64,000 bases of DNA. Source: Heptranchias perlo. Lineage: Eukaryota. This document shows, piece by piece, positions 58,201 through 64,000 of this stretch. The stretch spans positions 72,664,001 to 72,728,000 of the forward strand of contig NC_090331.1 in NCBI RefSeq assembly GCF_035084215.1. The letters run 5' to 3'. The notes beneath the pieces are model-generated. The model was not told where the DNA came from. It saw only the letters and a list, made by a program, of their open reading frames with translations, and searched no databases. How positions within the stretch are numbered: position 1 is the first letter of the stretch; every line of letters begins with the position of its first letter. The position numbers and the translations under genes are program-made.

Positions 58201-61200
58201 TCCACACTCTGTTTACTCGTCAGTTATCCCTCCACACTCTGTTTACTCGTGAGTTATCCCTCCACACTCTGTTTACTCGTCAGTTATCCCTCCACACTCT
58301 GTTTACTTGTGAGTTATCCCTCCACACTCTGTTTACTCGTGAGTTATCCCTCCACACTCTGTTTACTCGTCAGTTATCCCTCCACACTCTGTTTACTTGT
58401 GAGTTATCCCTCCACACTCTGTTTACTCGTGAGTTATCCCTCCACACTCTGTTCACTCGTCAGTTATCCCTCCACACTCTGTTTACTCGTCAGTTATCCC
58501 TCCACACTCTGTTTACTCGTGAGTTATCCCTCCACACTCTGTTTACTCGTCAGTTATCCCTCCACACTCTGTTTACTCGAGAGTTATCTCTCCACACTCT
58601 GTTTACTCGTCAGTTATCCCTCCACACTCTGTTTACTCGTGAGTTATCTCTCCACACTCTGTTTACTCGTGAGTTATCCCTCCACACTCTGTTTACTCGT
58701 CAGTTATCCCTCCACACTCTGTTTACTCGAGAGTTATCTCTCCACACTCTGTTTAGTCGTGAGTTATCCCTCCACACTCTGTTTACTCGTCAGTTATCCC
58801 TCCACACTCTGTTTACTCGTGAGTTATCCCTCCACACTCTGTTTACTCGTGTGTTATCCCTCCACACTCTGATTACTCATCAGTTATCCCTCCACACTCT
58901 GTTTACTCGTCAGTTATCCCTCCACACTCTGTTTACTTGTGAGTTATCCCTCCACACTCTGTTTACTCGTGAGTTATCCCTCCACACTCTGTTTACTCGT
59001 CAGTTATCCCTCCACACTCTGTTTACTCGTGAGTTATCCCTCCACACTCTGTTTACTCGTCAGTTATCTCTCCACACTCTGTTTACTCGTCAGTTATCCC
59101 TCCACACTCTGTTTACTTGTGAGTTATCCCTCCACACTCTGTTTACTCGTGAGTTATCCCTCCACACTCTGTTTACTCGTGAGTTATCTCTCCACACTCT
59201 ATTTACTCGTCAGTTATCCCTCCACACTCTGTTTACTCGTTATTTATCCCTCCACACTCTGATTACTCGTGAGTTATCCCTCCACACTCTGTTTACTCGT
59301 GAGTTATCTCTCCACACTCTGTTTACTCGTGAGTTATCCTTCCACACTCTGATTACTCGTCAGTTATCTCTCCACACTCTGATTACTCGTCAGTTATCCC
59401 TCCACACTCTGTTTACTCGTGAGTTATCCTTCCACACTCTGATTACTCGTGAGTTATCCTTCCACACTCTGATTACTCGTCAGTTATCCCGACACACTCT
59501 GTTCACTCGTGAGTTATCTCTCCACACTCTGTTTACTCGTGAGTTATCCTTCCACACTCTGATTACTCGTGAGTTATCCTTCCACACTCTGATTACTCGT
59601 CAGTTATCCCTCCACACTCTGTTTACTCGTGAGTTATCACTCCACACTCTGTTTACTCGTCAGTTATCCCTCCACACTCTGTTGACTCGTGTGTTATCCC
59701 TCCACACTCTGTTTACTCGTGAGTTATCCCTCCACACTCTGTTTACTCGTGAGTTATCCCTCCACACTCTGTTTACTCGTCAGTTATCCCTCCACACTCT
59801 GTTTACTCGTGTGTTATCCCTCCACACTCTGTTTACTCGTGAGTTATACCTCCACACTCTGTTTACTCGTCAGTTATCCCTCCACACTCTGTTTACTCGT
59901 GAGTTATCCCTCCACACTCTGTTTACTCGTCAGTTATCTCTCCACACTCTGTTTACTCGTTATTTATCCCTCCACACTATGTTTACTCGTTATTTATCCC
60001 TCCACACTCTGTTTACTCGTGAGTTATCTCTCCACACTCTATTTACTCGTCAGTTATCCCTCCACACTCTGTTTACTCGTTATTTATCCCTCCACACTCT
60101 GATTACTCGTGAGTTATCCCTCCACACTCTGTTTACTCGTGAGTTATCTCTCCACACTCTGTTTACTCGTGAGTTATCCTTCCACACTCTGATGACTCGT
60201 CAGTTATCTCTCCACACTCTGATAACTCGTCAGTTATCCCTCCACACTCTGTTTACTCGTGAGTTATCCTTCCACACTCTGATGACTCGTCAGTTATCTC
60301 TCCACACTCTGATAACTCGTCAGTTATCTCTCCACACTCTGATTACTCGTCAGTTATCTCTCCACACTCTGATTACTCGTCAGTTATCCCTCCACACTCT
60401 GTTTACTCGTGAGTTATCCCTCCACACTCTGATTACTCGTCAGTTATCCCTCCACACTCTGTTTACTCGTGAGTTATCTCTCCACACTCTGTTTACTCGT
60501 GAGTTATCCTTCCACACTCTGTTTACTCGTCAGTTATCCCTCCACACTCTGTTCACTCGAGAGTTATCCCTCCACACTCTGATTACTCGTCAGTTATCCC
60601 TCCACACTCTGTTTACTCGAGAGTTATCTCTCCACACTCTGTTTACTCGAGAGTTATCTCTCCACACTCTGTTTACTCGTGAGTTATCCCTCCACACTCT
60701 GTTTACTCGTGAGTTATCCCTCCACACTCTGTTTACTCGTGAGTTATCCCTCCACACTCTGTTTACTCGAGAGTTATCTCTCCACACTCTGTTTAATCGT
60801 GAGTTATCGCTCCACACTCTGTTTACTCGAGAGTTATCTCTCCACACTCTGTTTACTCGTCAGTTACCCCTCCACACTCTGTTTACTCGAGAGTTATCTC
60901 TCCACACTCTGTTTACTCGTGAGTTATCCCTCCACACTCTGTTTACTCGAGAGTTATCTCTCCACACTCTGTTTACTCATCAGTTATCCCTCCACACTCT
61001 GTTTACTCGTGAGTTATCCCTCCACACTCTGTTTACTCGTGAGTTATCCCTCCACACTCTGTTTACTCGTGAGTTATCCCTCCACACTCTGTTTGCTCGT
61101 GAGTTATCCCTCCACACTCTGTTTACTCGTGAGTTATCCCTCCACACTCTGTTTACTCTTGAGTTATCTCTCCACACTCTGTTTACTCATCAGTTATCCC

Positions 61201-64000
61201 TCCACACTCTGTTTACTCGTGAGTTATCCCTCCACACTCTGATTACTTGTGAGTTATCCCTCCACACTCTGTTTACTCGTGAGTTATCCCTCCACACTCT
61301 GTTTACTCGTTATTTATCCCTCCACACTCTGTTTACTCGTTATTTATCCCTCCACACTCTGTTTACTCGTGAGTTATCCCTCCACACTCTGTTTACTCGT
61401 GAGTTATCCCTCCACACTCTGTTTACTCATCAGTTATCTCTCCACACTCTGTTTACTCGAGAGTTATCCCTCCACACTTTGTTTACTCATGAGTTATCTC
61501 TCCACACTCTGTTTACTCATGAGTTATCTCTCCACACTCTGTTTACTCGTGAGTTATCCCTCCACACTCTGTTTACTCGTGAGTTATCCCTCCACACTCT
61601 GTTGACTCGTGAGTTATCCCTCCACACTCTGTTTACTCGTTATTTATCCCTCCACACTCTGATTACTCGTCAGTTATCCCTCCACACTCTGTTTACTCGT
61701 GAGTTATCTCTCCACACTCTGTTTACTCGTCAGTTATCCCTCCACACTCTGTTTACTCGTCAGTTATCCCTCCACACTCTGTTTACTCGTGAGTTATCTC
61801 TCCACACTCTGTTTACTCGTCAGTTATCCCTCCACACTCTGTTTACTCGTCAGTTATCCGTCCACACTCTGTTTACTCGTGAGTTATCTCTCCACACTCT
61901 GATTACTCGTCAGTTATCCCTCCACACTCTGTTTACTCGTCAGTTATCCCTCCACACTCTGTTTACTCGTGAGTTATTTCTCCACACTCTGTTTACTCGA
62001 GAGTTATCTCTCCACACTCTGATTACTCGTCAGTTATCCCTCCACACTCTGTTTACTCGTGAGTTATCCCTCCACACTCTGTTTACTCGTGAGTTATCTC
62101 TCCACACTCTGTTTACTCGAGAGTTATCTCTCCACACTCTGATTACTCGTCAGTTATCCCTCCACACTCTGTTTACTCGTGAGTTATCCCTCCACACTCT
62201 GTTTACTCGTGAGTTATCTCTCCACACTCTGTTTACTCGAGAGTTATCCCTCCACACTCTGTTTACTCGAGAGTTATCTCTCCACACTCTGATTACTCGT
62301 CAGTTATCTCTCCACACTCTGTTTACTCGTGAGTTATCTCTCCACACTCTGTTTACTCGTGAGTTATCCCTCCACACTCTGTTTACTCGAGAGCTATCCC
62401 TCCACACTCTGTTTACTCGTGAGTTATCCCTCCACACTCTGTTTACTCGTGAGTTATCCCTCCACACTCTGTTTACTCGTGAGTTATCCCTCCACACTCT
62501 GTTTACTCGAGAGTTATCTCTCCACACTCTGTTTACTCATCAGTTATCCCTCCACACTCTGTTTACTCGTTATTTATCCGTCCACACTCTGATTACTCGT
62601 GAGTTATCCCTCCACACTCTGTTTACTCGTGAGTTATATCTCCAAACTCTGTTTACTCGTGAGTTATCCCTCCACACTCTGATGACTCGTCAGTTATCCC
62701 TCCACACTCTGTTTACTCGAGAGTTATCCCTCCACACTCTGTTTACTCGTCAGTTATCCCTCCACACTTTGTTTACTCGTGAGTTATCCCTCCACACTCT
62801 GTTTACTCGTTATTTATCCCTCCACACTCTGATTACTCGTGAGTTATCCCTCCACACTCTGTTTACTCGTGTGTTATCCCTCCACACTCTGTTTACTCGT
62901 GAGTTATCCCTCCACACTCTGTTTACTCGTGAGTTATCCCTCAACACTCTGTTTACTCGTGAGTTATACCTCCACACTCTGTTTACTCGAGAGTTATCTC
63001 TCCACACTCTGTTTACTCATCAGTTATCTCTTCACACTCTGTTTACTCGTCAGTTATCCCTCCACACTCTGTTTACTCGTGAGTTATCCCTCCACACTCT
63101 GTTTACTCGTGAGTTATCCCTTCACACTCTGTTTACTCGTGAGTTATCCCTCCACACTCTGTTTACTCGTGAGTTATCCCTCCACACTCTGTTTACTCGT
63201 GAGTTAGCCCTCCACACTCTGTTTACTCATCAGTTATCTCTCCACACTCTGTTTACTCATCAGTTATCTCTCCACACTCTGTTTACTCATCAGTTATCCC
63301 TCCACACTCTGTTTACTCGAGAGTTATCTCTCCACACTCTGATTACTCGTGAGTTATCCCTCCACACTCTGTTTACTCGTGAGTTATCCCTCCACACTCT
63401 GTTTACTCGTTATTTATCCCTCCACACTCTGTTGACTCGAGAGTTATCTCTCCACACTCTGATTACTCGTGAGTTATCCCTCCACACTCTGTTTACTCGT
63501 GAGATATCCCTCCACACTCTGTTGACTCGTGAGTTATCCCTCCACACTCTGTTTTCTCGTTATTTATCCCTCCACACTCTGATTACTCGTCAGTTATCCC
63601 TCCACACTCTGTTTACTCGTCAGTTATCCCTCCACACTCTGTTTACTCGTCAGTTATCCCTCCACACTCTGTTTACTCATGAGTTATCTCTCCACACTCT
63701 GTTTACTCGTGAGTTATCCCTCCACACTCTGTTTACTCGTTATTTATCCCTCCACACTCTGATTACTCGTCAGTTATCCCTCCACACTCTGTTTACTCGA
63801 GAGTTATCTCTCCACACTCTGTTTACTCGTCAGTTATCCCTCCAAACTCTGTTTACTCGAGAGTTATCTCTCCACACTCTGTTTACTCGTGAGTTATCCC
63901 TCCACACTCTGTTTACTCGTGAGTTATCCCTCCACACTCTGTTTACTCGTTATTTATCCCTCCACACTCTGATTACTCGTCAGTTATCCCTCCACACTCT
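52280..64000. repeat. 30-bp satellite, consensus TGAGTTATCCCTCCACACTCTGTTTACTCG, about 390 copies, open at window end
   Basis: Direct reading; register conserved except a single 1-bp deletion near 57823; higher-order duplications of 1050 and 2910 bp. Confidence 0.98.

Noticed and set aside
43015-64000. Tandem arrays as CRISPR arrays
   Set aside because: Units are contiguous with no unique spacers, there are no cas genes, and the context is a eukaryotic intron-containing locus.

Overview
Eukaryotic DNA from a vertebrate, most likely a cartilaginous fish (inferred from the repeat families and gamma-crystallin type). Bases 1-39.5 kb hold a tandem cluster of five 3-exon gamma(M)-crystallin genes, all on the minus strand. 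Each has 9/243/276-bp coding exons and an intact 175-aa ORF. Three of the five use a GC-AG first intron, gene 3 has lost its TATA box, and the paralogues are sequence mosaics suggestive of gene conversion. Mobile DNA is abundant: a near-complete 4.16-kb PIF/Harbinger transposon (intact DDE transposase plus a convergent spliced Myb/SANT gene, TIRs, 3-bp TSD), a decayed second copy and several Harbinger-type MITEs. There are also young and old CR1 LINEs, an L2 3' end with matching tRNA-derived SINEs, and another LINE RT. Penelope-like elements at four loci carry five minimal hammerhead-ribozyme motifs, including one in sense orientation in a crystallin intron and one head-to-head pair forming a 169-bp palindrome. 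The right third is dominated by two satellites: a 17-bp unit (about 5 kb) and a 30-bp unit (more than 11.7 kb, running off the window end). The long ORFs there are repeat artefacts.
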